From assembly GCF_037042905.1 (NCBI RefSeq), contig NC_087245.1, positions 24,864,001 to 24,928,000 on the forward strand: DNA of 64,000 nt. Direction: 5' to 3'. Origin of the DNA: Lytechinus pictus (Eukaryota). Under the pieces are notes generated by a model. The model ran no database searches. It was given only the letters and a program-made list of their open reading frames with translations, and had not been told where the DNA came from. Positions 12,590 to 26,930 of the stretch are shown here, piece by piece. Each line of letters begins with the position of its first letter. The first letter of the stretch is position 1. The translations under genes and the position numbers were made by a program.

Positions 12590-12796
12590 GTAAGTATATC
12601 GGTAGTATTATAGATTATTCTTAAGTAGGTAATATTTTTCATACAAAAGAACGTTTTAAACATTGTTTTACATGCAGGAAAGTTGGGATATTTTTAAGGA
12701 CTCTTTGCAGGAACTCCTGATTGAATATATTATGTATGTCAATAATCAAATGATGCGAACGCGAAGAGCGAACTGAAAATTAGTGGTATAGCGAGC

Positions 12797-14011
12797 CAGT
12801 TGCGTAACTACGGGGGGCACGTGTCCCCAATCGGCTGGTCAAAAAAAAACCAGCGGAAAAGGGAGAAGAGGAGGGAGAAAGGAAGATAAAAATAGTGGGA
12901 AAGAATTATGTATTGTACTATATATTATTATATATATTATGTTATATTACAAAAGAAATATATTTTCATAACTTTATGAAACATAATTTGCTCAGGGCCT
13001 ATGTGTTCATCGTTCTTGGTGCTCGCACTGTCTGTTTAACGAGATATATAATCCTGTTGTACTAAAACATCACGTTTTCAAGTCAATGTACACCAAATAA
13101 ATATTTCCACGCACTTCGAGTTACTGTATTATTGTTTTATGCAGTGACATGTGCTTTTTTTCATGAATTCTTAAAGTGATTTGTTTTATGTAGTGACATA
13201 TGCTTCTTTTTCATGACTTCTTAAAGTGATTGCTTCCTTTTAAGGTCTGAATATAAAACATTTCCAATCCGTGCTTACGTTCGCATGAGTGGATTGGTGA
13301 GATATGTCTGCTCTTCATGAATTCCTAAAATCAGTCCTTAAAATGTCCCTTTTTCTGATCTGAATATCAAAAACTTTCAACTCGCGTTTCTCACGCTCGC
13401 ATCATTCGGGTAGTGAAATACGTATGGTCTTATTGAATTCCTACAAACAAGCCTTTGAAAGCACATCTTCAGGTCTGAAATATAAAAAAAATCAGCTCAC
13501 GCTTCGCGCTGGCAATTTTTGATTAGTGAGATGCGTATGATAATCATAATTACAATGACTACAAAAACTGCTTCATGTGTCTAGATGTAATTCTAACAAA
13601 AAAAGCAAGCGCTTGGCACTCGCATTAGATGACTATTGTGAGATATGTATACTCTTAATGGATTCCTAAAAAATACTCCTTAAAATAAGCTGTTGTGGGT
13701 CAATATATAAAAAAAATTCCCGCTCGCATTGATTGTTTAGCGAGACAAGTACTATAATGATTACAAAAATTTGTTTTTAATAACCCTTTTTATAGCAGGT
13801 CTGAATATCAAAAATTTTCAGCTCACGCTTCGCGCTCGCATTATTTGATCAGTGAGATACATAACCGTTTAAGGGGAAAGTACTTAAAATGTCTCTATTA
13901 GGTCAGTATACCTGGCAATTAAGCGCGCTTTGCGCACCCACTAAGTGACTCAAATTTTTTGCTGGTGCCCCCCCCCCCCCCCTCCATGCCGTGACCGGCG
14001 GCACACCACTG
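12797..14011. mobile_element. non-autonomous hAT-like element with internal CGCTTCGCGCTCGCA subrepeats
   Basis: Imperfect TIR CAGTTGCGTAACTACGG / CCGGCGGCACACCACTG. The 8-bp flanks tagcgagc and ctgcgagc match at 6/8. Repeated ctcacgcttcgcgctcgca motifs inside. Confidence 0.55.
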
Positions 14012-14182
14012 CTGCGAGCTGAAAACGGGACATTTTAAGCACTGTTTGCCAAGTAAGAAAAATGGGAAGAGGATAATTATATCAGTAAGTAAATAATTCG
14101 AATGCGAAATGAGAGGTGAAATCTTTCGGAGATTTAGACCCGAAACTTGGACATTTGAATTAGCTCCATTTGTATTCATGAA

Positions 14183-14268
14183 CAAGATGTATGTACATCT
14201 CAATTATACAAGATGTATATCTCAATTATACAAGATGTATATCTCAATTATACAAGATTTATATCTCA
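14183..14268. repeat. 22-bp minisatellite (atctcaattatacaagatgtat) x3-4
   Basis: Direct reading. Confidence 0.85.
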
Positions 14269-14513
14269 CTTAACAAAATAACGAAAGCTCCGAGCGCGAG
14301 CAGATTCGCCCCTTTTTTCCTTTTTTTTGCACCGTCAATATGGAGACCGGGCCACTTCGATTCCCCACTAATCCGCCTTCTGTCTTTGCAATCCTTTGTC
14401 ATTTTCACAACTACAAGACACATCATTACTCGACAGTCTATTTAAACAAAAATATGTTATTCGATTATTTGATTTAGTGATTCTGAGATACATTTCTTAT
14501 TTTTCTTTTGCAG

Positions 14514-14698
14514 ATTGTGATCAACTAATAACAGATAGAAAGACTATCGTTACGAGTCCAGAGTGGCCTTCTAAGTACCCAAGTAATATGAATTGTACCT
14601 ATCGGTTTATAGGGGATCCCGGTAAGAGGATTACACTCAGGGTTAAAGTATTCAAACTTCAAGGAAAGGAACCAAGATGTAAACATGATAAATTAGAG
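14514..14698 (+). pseudogene. exon: CUB domain 2, first half
   Basis: ttttgcag|AT ... GAG|gtgagg. DCDQLITDRKTIVTSPEWPSKYPSNMNCTYRFIGDPGKRITLRVKVFKLQGKEPRCKHDKLE contains the canonical CUB motif SP.wP..YP.N..C. Confidence 0.92.
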
Positions 14699-15239
14699 GT
14701 GAGGAGCTGATTTTCTTGAATCTAATTGCAAGTTTGTTGTTTGGGATTCAATAGAATTATTTAATTGCTGTTGAGAAGAATAGTTTGATTTCAGTTGTTT
14801 CCTTTTTACATTCACTTTTGGTAAATTCCCATGCACAGGACATATACACTTACCCCCCCCCCCCCACACACACACACACTACACACGCACATCTACCCTC
14901 ACACATACAAACACAAATTTGATTCTTCTATTTCCCCTCTTCGCTTCCCCTATCAAATATCCCCTGCATGCTATAAAAAAAAACATACCCTTGATGATTA
15001 GCACTTCAATCAAATGCTTTGAAAATCTGTCATTCACTTTCAATGTCAATTTTTCAGTTTTATTTATTTTCCACAATTCAATCTAAAGCGATATTCTGGG
15101 TGAAAAAAACAAGAAAATTCAAAACAGTAAAATACCAAGGATAAAAATATATATACATGTATCTGACATTTAAAAAGATACCAAATAATCTTACTATATT
15201 AATTTTGACCATTCATTTCTCCATTTCTTATTCTTTTAG

Positions 15240-15395
15240 ATGTTGGATCTATTAACGGGTGAGAAGGTAGCACGATGTGGATCATCGCCTTCCAAATACA
15301 GCCTGCGATTGTCGGGATACGATGGATTAATGCGATTTATTTCAGACGAACCTGTACAGCTGGCTGGATTCAAAATAATCGTATATATCAAATAA
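15240..15395 (+). pseudogene. terminal coding exon: CUB domain 2, second half and stop
   Basis: ttcttttag|ATG. MLDLLTGEKVARCGSSPSKYSLRLSGYDGLMRFISDEPVQLAGFKIIVYIK* contains the CUB motifs CG and F.SD.....GF. Confidence 0.9.
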
Positions 15396-16593
15396 AATCA
15401 GGTTAAACCAAATTATTGATTCACTGGATGGGTATGCAATACATTCTCACAGTAGAACATATGTTTTATTCTGTTGTGAAAATCCTCGAAAACACCCTCC
15501 AAATTTAGACTTGTAAGATTAACAGGGAATCTGTATTATGGTTGTCACATATTAACATGATTAATGTTTTAGCCAGCGTACGCCAACGTATAGGCTATGG
15601 CGAGCCGTTTTCTTAATCTTGGTTCTTGATGTCAAGAATTGCTTTTGTTCACAACTCAAAATAATTTAATCATATGAATAATTTGGAATTCTTGATATTT
15701 CATGTTATTGATAAAATACTTTTCTATGAAGAAATGTAATTTAAGGGAAAAATACTTCCTACCTTCGTCGACATATGCTCATTTGCTGTCTAAAACATCC
15801 AGTTGGGACCGCCCCAAAATTATACTAGCCAGTAGAAACGATCCCGCAAGGCATTTTGGGTAATTACATTCAGGTTAAGATTAAGATTCATAGTGATCAA
15901 TATCGAACCAACTATATATTTATTAATGGTAGCCGTAAAATATTCGATCGGTTCATAATTTTGATGATATATGTTGCTCCAATGAAAAAGTTCATATTGA
16001 TTAAGGTTTTCCCGCTCAATTTGAAGTTCTATCATTCAATTTTAATATTGTTCAGAGCGAATTCAAGAAAGCTTTTATCTATAGCGTCATTCAACATTTC
16101 ATTATTTGTCATTCTTGGGAGTATTTTATTAACTTTTTTTGTCGGACAACTTTTCTGGATTTTGATTGGCCAAGAAGCACAGTTCCTATGGTAACTGTCG
16201 GATAAAACATTTTTTTGAGCAAAAATTATCCCAGATGTGATAGAAATTACCCCACATACTGTTAGGAAAATCTGCTCATTGGGAATTTGTCATTCATTTT
16301 CGTATAATCATAACTGGTTTTAAACTGAAGCGCATCTATATAAACCTATTTACCTCAGCTTAAACTCGAGCTGCCGTTTAATTCAATCGATCAGTGTATT
16401 CAAAGAATAATAGTGCTATGTACCCATTCACCTCACATGGGTCGAGTGCAGCAATAGAGAAATTTACCTGAAAAGTGATATTGATTGAGACTCATGAATA
16501 TTGATTATTTTACCATACAGAGTGCGAATAACGTGCAATTCGACTTCTGTGATTGGCTAATGCTATTGCCCCACTTTTCCTAGCCCAGTTTCG

Positions 16594-16813
16594 TTTCACA
16601 CTGCAATTGTGCTTGCACCACAATAAGTCGACTAACCCTGTTTTGGGGCAGGGCCAGATAGTACCGTACTGTTTACCGTGCTAGCCCACTTTGCTAAAAC
16701 GTAGTGTGAAAACAAAGTTGGCTGAGCTTAACCCCGGGAAATTGGTGGGGCTAAGATCTCCCCTTAGCCTCAACAATTTCCCAGGGTTAAAGAAAAAAAA
16801 GTGCAGTGTGAAA
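16594..16813. mobile_element. MITE-like element
   Basis: 12-bp inverted termini TTTCACACTGCA ... TGCAGTGTGAAA. Confidence 0.45.
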
Positions 16814-17065
16814 AGCATATATTATAAGAGTAACAACCCTATCGTGCAAATTTCATACTTTGTCATTTATCAATATCACTTTTCCCGTGCGACTTGAAAA
16901 CGGCACGTATATATACGTTAAAACAGTTTTATTCTATTTCAGATGTTTTTGTTTGATATATATTTATTGTTTCAAGCTGATGTTACTTGCTTTCAGAACG
17001 ATTAAAGTTTATTTTTTCTGATATCGATTTTTTGTGTATTTGATTTTCAAGTATATAATGCTCTC

Positions 17066-17301
17066 CAGGGGCGGATCTAGCTTTTTTCCAAGAAGGGGAT
17101 TTGATCGAGAAATTTGACAAGCAAAAAAGAGGAGGGGAGGGGGGGCTTCACTACAAAATGAAGGTAATTTTGGTACCGGAAAATTTGTCAAGCAAAAAAA
17201 AGGGTTTACTATAAAATGAAGGTAGTTTGGGGTTGGCTCCAAAATGTAGGTCATTACTTTTTTTTACTTAGCAGCCCCTCCCCTTGTCAGATCCGCCACT
17301 G
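17066..17301. mobile_element. MITE with CAGGGGCGGATCT termini
   Basis: CAGGGGCGGATCT ... AGATCCGCCACTG; internal ~70-bp duplication. Confidence 0.6.
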
Positions 17302-18644
17302 CTATCAATAAATAAATAGTTATCGTTGTTGCCGGTTTTAAGGGTTTTTATAAAGTAGGCCTGCATATTGGTTTTGATGAAAATAGAAAATGAGAGAAAC
17401 CTATCAACGAAAGAAAATATAATATTGTTGTTCATGTAACAAGAAGCTACCTCATCGTTGTCCACTTTCTTTATAACACAACCCCCATCATCACCCTAAA
17501 AAGTTTAGCGCCATCTCTACATTTTATTATTCTAATGTACATTTAAAAGGGCGGCACCATTCTATTTTGTTGGGGCGGCTAACACGTCTAAATGACCTCT
17601 TTTCTTAACAAGATATGGTGCAATACACTGTGCGATTTCCAGTTCGATTTTGGGTGTTAGAAGCACAAGATTTCCTTTCATTGTTTCAACATTAACTAAT
17701 CTGAACAATAACAATGATTTCAAAAAATTGAACTCGGTAATGATTTCAATGTTGACACCTCAAAGAACGGACCCCCCCCCCAAAAAAAAAAAAAAGGAAG
17801 AAAAGGAATGGAAAAGAGATAGAAAAAAGAAAAATAAAGGATAAGGGAAATAAACAGAAGGTAAAGAGGAAAAGAATGAAAAGAGAAGGGGAAGGAAAAT
17901 AAAAATAGAGAGAGGATGAAACAAAGTGGAGAAGGGAAATAAAAATAAAAGGAAAAGAAAAGGACAGGGGACTTGGGGACACTACTTGATAAATCAAAAG
18001 GGCAGTATCTGACTATTCGCTCCCATCGTAGCGGTGCCCCTGGTCATAGGTGTGAAAAAAGATTTATTTTGTGCATGGAAGCACCTAAACATTTTAACTT
18101 ATGGAGAAGCCGTTACGTCATTTTAATGCAATTTCTTGACATCAAGCACTCCATTCTTCATATCAAGAAATGCATTTTTCTTAATAACAAAATCAAGAAA
18201 TCACATTATCTGTGCCTAAAATGAAGGTGAAGAGGGGGAATATACTTATTCATTATTGTGATGATTGACGAGTCACAGTGGGTTTTAGCAGTTTATAATG
18301 CATACTCAAAATGCAAAAGCTTGCCGAGGGGGGGGGGCGAATATCCGAAGCAGTTAACAATAACATGAATTTTGTACAACATTGGCCGCAAGTGGGTGGC
18401 ATCATCCGGTGGAGAATAAACACTAATGAATGAAGCGGGGTGCAGGAAGCCTTGGCATATACCAAAAAAAGGGAAAGTGAATGTGAAAAGTGGGAAAATA
18501 AAATAAAATAATAGAGCATAAGCGAATTAGAAATATGACTTTTTATGACTATCAATTTCATTTTGGGAGGGGGGTTCGCGAGCATCCCCCAGAAACTTTT
18601 TGTTTACTTGTCTCAATTCCTGACAGGATAATGTCGACCAATGC

Positions 18645-18776
18645 CGGCTGCACAGAAACGTTGTTCGCCTAACAGAGCTCTAACAGTATTTAGCCATTGT
18701 TGTAACATTAGGCATCACTGCCACATTACCGGTTGCAACAGTGCCTCTGTTAGCGCTAATGTTTCTGTGCGGTCCG
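18645..18776. mobile_element. small palindromic MITE-like element
   Basis: GCACAGAAAC..TAACAGAG pairs with CTCTGTTA..GTTTCTGTGC. Confidence 0.5.
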
Positions 18777-20104
18777 TACAGGTTTTTACTTGAAAACGTT
18801 TGTCTGGGTAATTTTTATTTTTTTTTATTTTTGTATTCTTTTATTTTGTATTTCTATTTTCATTATATATATATTTTTTTTTTTTTTTGGGGGGGGGCTT
18901 ATCGCATTTTCTGAGAGATTCTTTTTACCACTTTTTTTTACTTCATAACCGTTCGTTTTACTTTCTCTCTCCTTGTCAGCTTTTCCAGGAGCAAAGTGGG
19001 TGCTATATGACACGTTCCCCGCCCCTCTTCCCATTTACTTACCTGTACATGGAGAGGGGCTTTTTTCGTTCTTTTTGCAACCATTTGGGAGCCCCTGAAT
19101 CCGCTTATGTCTTTCCATTCCCCTTTTTTTCTTTATATAAGGAGGCAATAACTTTTAGGCTCTGAAGGAGCAAATTTTGCGAAAAAATGCACCTGACATT
19201 TCTTCTATTTCGAGCTCTCCTTTTCGGTCCTTTAGTTTCGTTTTTATTTCTTCCTCTCCCCCTCTCTCTTTCTTTCTTTTTTTCTTTCTCTCTTCATTCT
19301 TTCTCCCTTACTTTTTTTTATTTTTATTCTTTTATTTATGGTCACTGTATTCTTATTACATAATTTCCTTTCTATTTCCTTAATCATGAGTATGTTCTCT
19401 TCATTTTCCTTACTTTTTCCACTTTTTTCCCTTCTCTTCCACCTTTTTGATGGGTGCCAAGCCCCCTGCACTTCCGTGTCGGCCCATGATGCAGCACCGT
19501 TAGATGAGGTTTTATAAAACTGTTCGTATACATATGAATTATGAAGGGTCAAAGGCCAAAAATAATTCTAACACTACACAAACTATTACACTGTACATGA
19601 ATCTAATGGTTTATTTATTTAGACTGGTACTATCAAGATAGACATCTGTCAAATGAAACTTTTTTTGCGATTGGAAATCACACAAGATTCGTTCGTGAGG
19701 TCGTGTTAAGACTACGAATCGTCATGTATCATATCCTTTTGCAGTGGAGGACGTGGTGATTTATTTACTCAGAAGGCAAGCAACCAGTGGACCGAATGCC
19801 TAAGTTACTCTCTAATGCTGTTGTAGATGTTCACCCTGATGAAAAATTGGTTGAAACAAAAGAGAAAAATACAACAAAACGTTAGCAAAGTTTTAATTAA
19901 AAATCAAAGAAATAACAGTTATGATTTTTTGTAACAATAGTGGGTCTAATTTTATATTCATCGAACAAAATAAAATCGCTTTCAAAATTTTGAGAAAGTT
20001 GCATTATTTTTTTCATATCACACCGACGTATGGACATGACGGAGGAGCTGCTCGTTTGTGAAGTCACAAAATCTAAAACTTCAAAATCCATGGCTCCGTT
20101 ATTG

Positions 20105-20565
20105 GAAACGGGAGATGGATAGGAAAGGGAAAGAGAAAAGAGAAAGAAAAGGGAAAGTGAGGAAGGAAGGTAAGGAAGGGAAAAGAGACATAATAGAAGG
20201 GAGAGAGCAAAGATTGAAAAAAAAGAAACAAAAGGGAAATTGCGAGGGGGGAAGGTAAAGGAACCGCAAGAAAAAGATGAGCAAAAAATGAAAGGATGGA
20301 GTCATAGATAAATAAAAGGGAAATAGAGAAAGGGAAGCAAACAAGGGATACGGAGAGCGAAAGAAAGGAAATAAGAGAAAACGAGACGGTAGTCACGGGA
20401 AAGTGGAGGGGAAAGAAGAGGAAGGGGAGGGGAAAGAAGAGGAAGGGAAAAGGAGAGAATGACAGAAGCACATGGAAAGGGATGAAGATAAAATGGAGGG
20501 AAAGAGAGCGAAAAAGAGGAAAACGGAGAAGGGGGAAGAAAGACGGGAGCAAGACAAGTTAAAAA
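20105..20565 (+). repeat. polypurine (GA-rich) low-complexity tract; similar tracts at 17780-17970 and, pyrimidine-rich, at 19200-19445
   Basis: Direct reading; source of the F/L/S/P-rich and K/E/R-rich ORFs. Confidence 0.85.
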
Positions 20566-21457
20566 GGACCATCCCCGCTCCTGCATGGGCGTGGGTTGAT
20601 AATACAAAGGGCAGGGCTAACTGTAGTTTTATTTTTTTTCTATCACTCATATTTTTTCCACATCTTTTTTTTTTCACAAAGTAGAAAAACAGAATGTGAA
20701 AGGACCTTGCCTGCATATCGAGCAACCCCCCCCCCCCCCCGCAAGGGTAAAAGAGGAAATGAAGAGAGAAAGAAAGAGAGCGTTTCGGAACAGCATTGCA
20801 TCCGAACTCCATGAAAAACAAAAATAACGAAGATGGAAGAAAAGAATGGAGAAGTACGGGACTAATTTCTGAAATATCAGTTGTTTTTTTTACAAAATAA
20901 ATCTATAGAGCCTATAAGCCCTGGCCGCAGCTTGTACCAAATAAAATAGATAAGGAAGCGAAATTAAAAGATATAGGGGGACCTGGCACTGCAGCTGAAA
21001 GGGCCTCGAATTTGTGGAACAAAGAAAAAGAAACACCATGAGAGAAATGGATATAAATCAATTCATGTTAATTGCTGCTTTAGTGGTGCAAGGGCATTAC
21101 ATTTTGTGCAACATCTTTACATCTTGTTCTGCTGGCTAATTATTCGTTTTGGATCTTTTTGATTGTGTATAGAACTATTTTCAAAAAGTGTGGGCAAATT
21201 TTTAAAGATAAGTTCAAATATTTCGGCAAAGTTTCCTGCCAATTGCATTTGTGATGCCCTTGCACGTTAACAGGATCACCGCGTGAAGGTAGCAGCATGA
21301 CCCCGGGTTAGTAGAACAGAAAGGTGATAAACTAAAATAAATAAAAGAGAATCATGTAATGTAAATATGGTTAGTAAAAAGCCCCTAATGAATGGAAGAT
21401 GGATAAATGATGAATAGAACATGAACATATTTAACAAATTTCACGAACAGGCATAGA

Positions 21458-21590
21458 CATACATATACACATGTAGGCACAAACATACACAAGTAGGCAC
21501 AAACATACATATACACAAGTAGGCACAAACATACATATACACAGGTAGGCACAAACATACATATACAAAAGTAGACACAAATAGACATAT
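21458..21590. repeat. ~26-bp minisatellite (acacaagtaggcacaaacatacatat)
   Basis: About 4 tandem copies. Confidence 0.85.
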
Positions 21591-21599
21591 AAAGACAGA

Positions 21600-24500
21600 A
21601 AAAAAGATGAAAACGTTTCCTCATATGTTAGCAAAATTACAATAAAATCTAAAATGGTTGCCTTATAGGTAAATAAGAATCATTAAGGGGAATAAACACA
21701 TATAATTATAAAAACATATTTCATTCTATATGAACAATGGAAGATTACCAATAAAACCCGAAATAAGAATTATTGATAAGGGGAATAAAGACATATAAAA
21801 ACATTTCATTCTGTTAGCAATCCAATACAGCTGGGAAGATGGAAAAAAATGAAGTGGCTACCTGACAAGCCCGAGGTAAATAAGATAAAGGTAAATAATT
21901 ATGTTACCAATACAGCTGGAAGATCGCCAATGGAAATCCGTAGTTGCTACCTTAGGTAAATAAAAATCATTATTAAAGGTAATATCATCATATGAAAACA
22001 TATTTCATTATGTTAGAGATTTTCAGCTAGAAGATTACCTATAAAATCCGAAGTGGCTACCTTCATTTTTAATAAATAAACTTTAATCGTTCTGAAAGCA
22101 AGTAACATCAGCTTGAAACAATAAATATATATCAAACAAACAATCATTATAAGGAGATAAAAGATTCTGTTAGCAATACGTAGTGCTTACCTTTGGTAAT
22201 ACGAATCATTAAGGGTGATAAAAACATAAAAAGAAATATTTCATTCTGTTAGAAATAACAATAAATTGTGAAATAATTTTCCTGGATATGTAAGCATAGT
22301 AATGAAAGATGAATACATATTTCATTTAGTGAAGAATACAGCAAGAAGGTTATTACGAATAAATTCCGATGTTGCTCCTTAGGTAAATAAGAATTATTAA
22401 GGGGAGTGAAACATGAAATTACAATTTATTTGATTCTGTTAGCAATACATCAATATTGGTTACCTGAGGTAATAAAAATCATTAAGGGGGATAAAACAAT
22501 AAAAATATATGAAAACTTATTTTATTCTGATATCAATACTGCTGGAAGATTACCAGTAAAATCACAAGAATCATTACTAAGGGGAAAAAAACATATGGAA
22601 ACATATTCCAGCATTCTGTTGGCAATACATCTGCATGGAACCTTACATAAAATACAAAGTGATTGCCTTAGGTAAATAAAAACCATTTACGGGAATTAAA
22701 GCATAAAAAGGATAACGGGGAATAAAAACATTGAAAACATTTTTCATTCTGTTCGCAATGCACTACAGCTGGAAGAATGCCAACGAAATCCGAATTGGCT
22801 ACCTTATAAGGATCATTAACGGGAATGAAACATAATGAATACATGTTTATTTCTGTGACCAGTTTTCAGCATGGCATAACCAATAAAACTTGAAGTAGCT
22901 ACCTCAGGAAACATTCACTATCAATGATAAAACATGAAAACTTATTTCATTCTGTTAGCAATACGGCTGGAAGATGAAAATACATAATTCAATTATGTTA
23001 GCAGTACATCAGTATTGGTTACCTTAGGTAATTAGAAACATTAAAGGGGATAAAAACATATGAAAACATATTTCATTCTGTTAGCAGTACGGCTGGAAGA
23101 TGAAAATACATAATTCAATTGTTAGCAATACATCAGTATTGGTTACCTTAGGTAATAAGAATCACCAAGGGGGATAAAAACGTTTATGAAAACATATTTT
23201 ATTCTGTTATCAATACAGCTGGAAGATTAACAGTAAGATCACAAGAATCATTATTAAGGGGAATAAAACATATGATAACATATTCCATTCTGTTGGCAAT
23301 ACAACTGCATGGAACCTTACATAAAATACAAAGTGGTTGCCTTGGGTATATATAAGAACCATTTAGTTTAGCATTCAGCATAAAAAGGATAACGGGGAAT
23401 AAAAACATATGAAAACATTTTTCATTCTGTTAGCAATGCAGCGTGAAGAATGCCAACGAAATCCGACTTGGCTACCTTAAGTAAATAAGGATCATTAACG
23501 GGAATTAAACATAATGAATACATGTTTAATTCTGTGACCAGTTTTCAGCATGGGATAACCAATAAAATTTGAAGTGGCTACCTCAGGAAACAAATAATCA
23601 CTATCAATGATAAAATATGAAAACATATGTCATTCTGTTAGCAATACGGCTGGAAGATGAAAATACATATTTCAATTCTGTTAGCAGTACATCAGTATTG
23701 GTTACCTTAAGTTATTAGAAACATTAAGGGGGATAAAAACATATATGAAAACAAATTTTATTATGTTATCAATACAGCTGAAAGATTACCAGTAAGAATC
23801 ATTAATAAGAGGAATAAAACATAATTTCATATTCCATTTTGTTGGCAATACAACTGCATGGAACATTACATAAAATACAAAGTGATTGCCTTAGGTAAAT
23901 AAGAACCATTTAGGGGAATTAAAGCATAAAAAGGATAACGGGGAATAAAAACATTTTTCATTCTGTTAGCAATGCAGCTGGAAGAATGCCAACGAAATCC
24001 GAATTGGCTATACCTTAGGTAAATAAGAATCATTATTAACGGGAATTAAACATATTGAATTATGTTACCAATTTTCAGGATAACCAATGAAATTTGAAGT
24101 TGCTAACCTAAGAAACAAATAATCACTATTAATGATAAAACATGAAAACATATTTCAATCTGTTAGCAATACGGCTGGAAGATGAAAATACATAATTCAA
24201 TTCTGTTAGCAGTACATCAGTATTGGTTACATTAGGTAATTAGAAACATTAAGGGGGATAAAAACATGAAAACATATTTTATTCCGTTATCAATACAGCT
24301 GCAATATTACCAGTAAGAATCATTAATAAGGGGAATAAAACATAATTTCATATTCCATTCTGTTGGCAATACAACTGGAACATTATAAAATACAAAGTGG
24401 TTAATTTAGGTAAACAAGAAACATTAAAGCGGAATAGAAATATATGAAAACATATTTCATTCTGTTGACAATACAACTAGAAAATTATAAAATACAAAGT

Positions 24501-26930
24501 GGTTACCTCAGGTAAACAAGAAGCATTAAAGGGGAATATAAATATATGAAAACATATTTCATTATGTTAGCAATACACTTGGAAGATGGAAACAAATCTG
24601 AAGTGGCTACCTAAGGTAAAAAATAATTATTATAAAAGGAAATAATCTGTTAGCATATGAAAACATTTTTCATTCTGTTAGTAATGCAACTAGAAGAATG
24701 CCAAGGAATTCCAATTGGCTACCTTAGGTAAATAAGAATAATTATTAACGGAAATGAAACAAAATGAAAACATATTTAATTCTGTTACCGATTTTCAGCT
24801 GGGATAACCAATAAAATTTGAAGTGGCTACCTTAGGAAACAAATATCACTATCAATGATAAACATATTTCATTATGTTATCAATACGGCTAAATGATGAA
24901 AATACATAATTCAATTTGTTAGCATCAGTATTGGTTACCTTAGGTAATAAAACATATATGAAAACATTATATTCTGTAATCAATACAGCTGGATGATTAC
25001 CAGAAAAATCACAAAAAATATTACTAAGGGGAATAAAGCATATGAAAACATATTCCATTCTGTTGGCAATACAACTGCATGGAACATTACATAAAATACA
25101 AAGTGGTTGCCTTGGGTAAATAAGAACTATTTAGGGAAATTAAAGCATAAAAATGATAACGGGGAATAAAAACATGAAAACATTTTTCATTCTGTTAGCA
25201 ATGCAGCTGGAAGAATGCCAACGAAATCCGAATTGGCTACCTTAGGTAAATAAGGATCATTATTAACGGGAATGAAACATAATTAAAACATATTTAATTC
25301 TGTTACCAATTTTCAGTTGGGAGAACCAATGAAATTTGAAGTTGCTAACCTAAGAAACAAATAATAACTATTAATGATAAAACATGAAAAACATATTTCA
25401 TTCTGTTCGCAATACATCAGTCATTGGTAACCTTAGGTAATAAGAATCATTAAGGGGATAAAAACATAAAAACATATTTCATTATGTTAGCAATACGGCT
25501 GAAGATGAAAATGCATAATTCTGTTCTGTTAGCAATACATCAGTATTGGTTACCTTAGGGGGATAAAAAGATAAATGAAAACATATTTTATTCTGTTATC
25601 AATACAGCTGGAAGATTACCAGTAAGAATCATTAATAAGGTGAATAAAACATATGAAAACATATTTCATTCTGTTGACAATACAACTGGAACGTTATAAA
25701 ATACAAAGTGGTTACCTTAGGTAAACAAGAAACATTAACAAAGGGGAATAGAAATATATGAAAACATATTTCATTCTGTTAGCAATACACTTGGAAGATG
25801 GAAACAAATCTGAAGTGGCTACCTAGATAAAAAATTATTATTATAAAAGGAAATAATCTGTTAGCAGTACAGCTAGAAGATTGCCAATAAATATCTGAAG
25901 TGGCTACCTTAGATAAATAAGAATCAACATTAAGAGGAATTAAAACACATAGAAACATATCAATTATACTAGCAGTACAACTGAGAAGATAACGAATTAA
26001 ATCCGAAATAGTTACCTTGGGTAAATAAGAATAAAAACATTTGTAATCATATTTCATTCTGTTAATACAACTGAAAGAATACGAATACATTCCGATGTGG
26101 CTCCTTAGGTAAATAACTATTGTTATTAAGGGGGATAAAAACATATGAAAACATAATTTAATTCAGTTAGCAAGACGGCTGAAAGGTCACCGATAAAATA
26201 CTTAGGTAAATAAGAAACATTTCATCCTGTTATCAATAGTCAGTAAGATTACCAAAACAAAATGTCAAGTGGCTCCCTTAGATAAATAAGAATCATTATC
26301 AGGAGGAATAAAAATACATGAAAATATTTTATTCTGTTAGCATCGCATGCAGGAAGCATGCCAACAAAATTCCATGTATAGCTATACCTTGATAGGTAAA
26401 GAATACTAGTAATCATTATTTAGATGAACAAAAAACATGTGAAAACGTATTTTATTCTGTTTGCAATACAGCAATTTTTAACTGATTCCTACCAATCAGA
26501 TAAATCTCTTTAAGCATGTTAAGAATACAGCTGGAAGAGTGACAATATAAAAATTCTGAAGTGGCTACCTTTGATAAATAACAATCAGTAAAAAGAATAG
26601 CACATAAAAACATTTTATTCTGTAAGCATCATGGCTTGAAGAATACCAATAAAAATCCGAAGTGGCTACCTTAGAAGAATAATTATTAAAAGGAATAAAA
26701 GCATATGAAAACATATTCCATTCTGTTAGCAATACAGCTTGAATATTACAAATAAAATCCGAACCGGCTACCTTAAGAATCCTCATTAAGGCAATGAAAA
26801 CATTTCATTCTATTATAAACACGGCTTGAATATTACCAATAATATACGAAGTAAGATTAAAGGCAATAAAAAGCACATGAAAACATATATTACTCTCATG
26901 TAGCAATAAAGCTGGAAGATTACCCTAAGG
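21600..26930. repeat. satellite 1: diverged AT-rich ~95-100 bp monomers with loose ~520-700 bp higher-order units
   Basis: Recurring aaaacatatttcattctgttagcaatacagctggaaga...gtggctaccttaggtaaataagaatcattaagggg. The marker catggaac(c/a)ttacataaaatacaaagtg recurs near 22634, 23308, 23857 and 25078, with variants near 24378 and 25688. Confidence 0.92.

Larger units (their letters stand above)
4968..15395 (+). pseudogene. ADAMTS13-like: 3' part of an ADAMTS13-like metalloprotease gene (spacer-TSP1-TSP1-mucin-like linker-CUB-CUB); 9 exons, disabled
   Basis: Phase-compatible exon chain read by hand. ADAMTS spacer end (GPTTAVLDVSV..PDIT*EY), two TSP1 repeats (CSVTCGGG, WSLCSTTCDVG), two C-terminal CUB domains, stop at 15393-15395. 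Lesions: TGA 5195-5197, TAA 8320-8322, likely GT>GG donor at 8690, likely AG>AT acceptor at 12417-12418. No protease-domain exons were recognised in 1-4967. Confidence 0.8.

Noticed and set aside
17650..20821. Hydrophobic F/L/S-rich and K/E/R-rich ORFs
   Set aside because: Translations of polypurine/polypyrimidine low-complexity tracts; no domain signal or splice structure.
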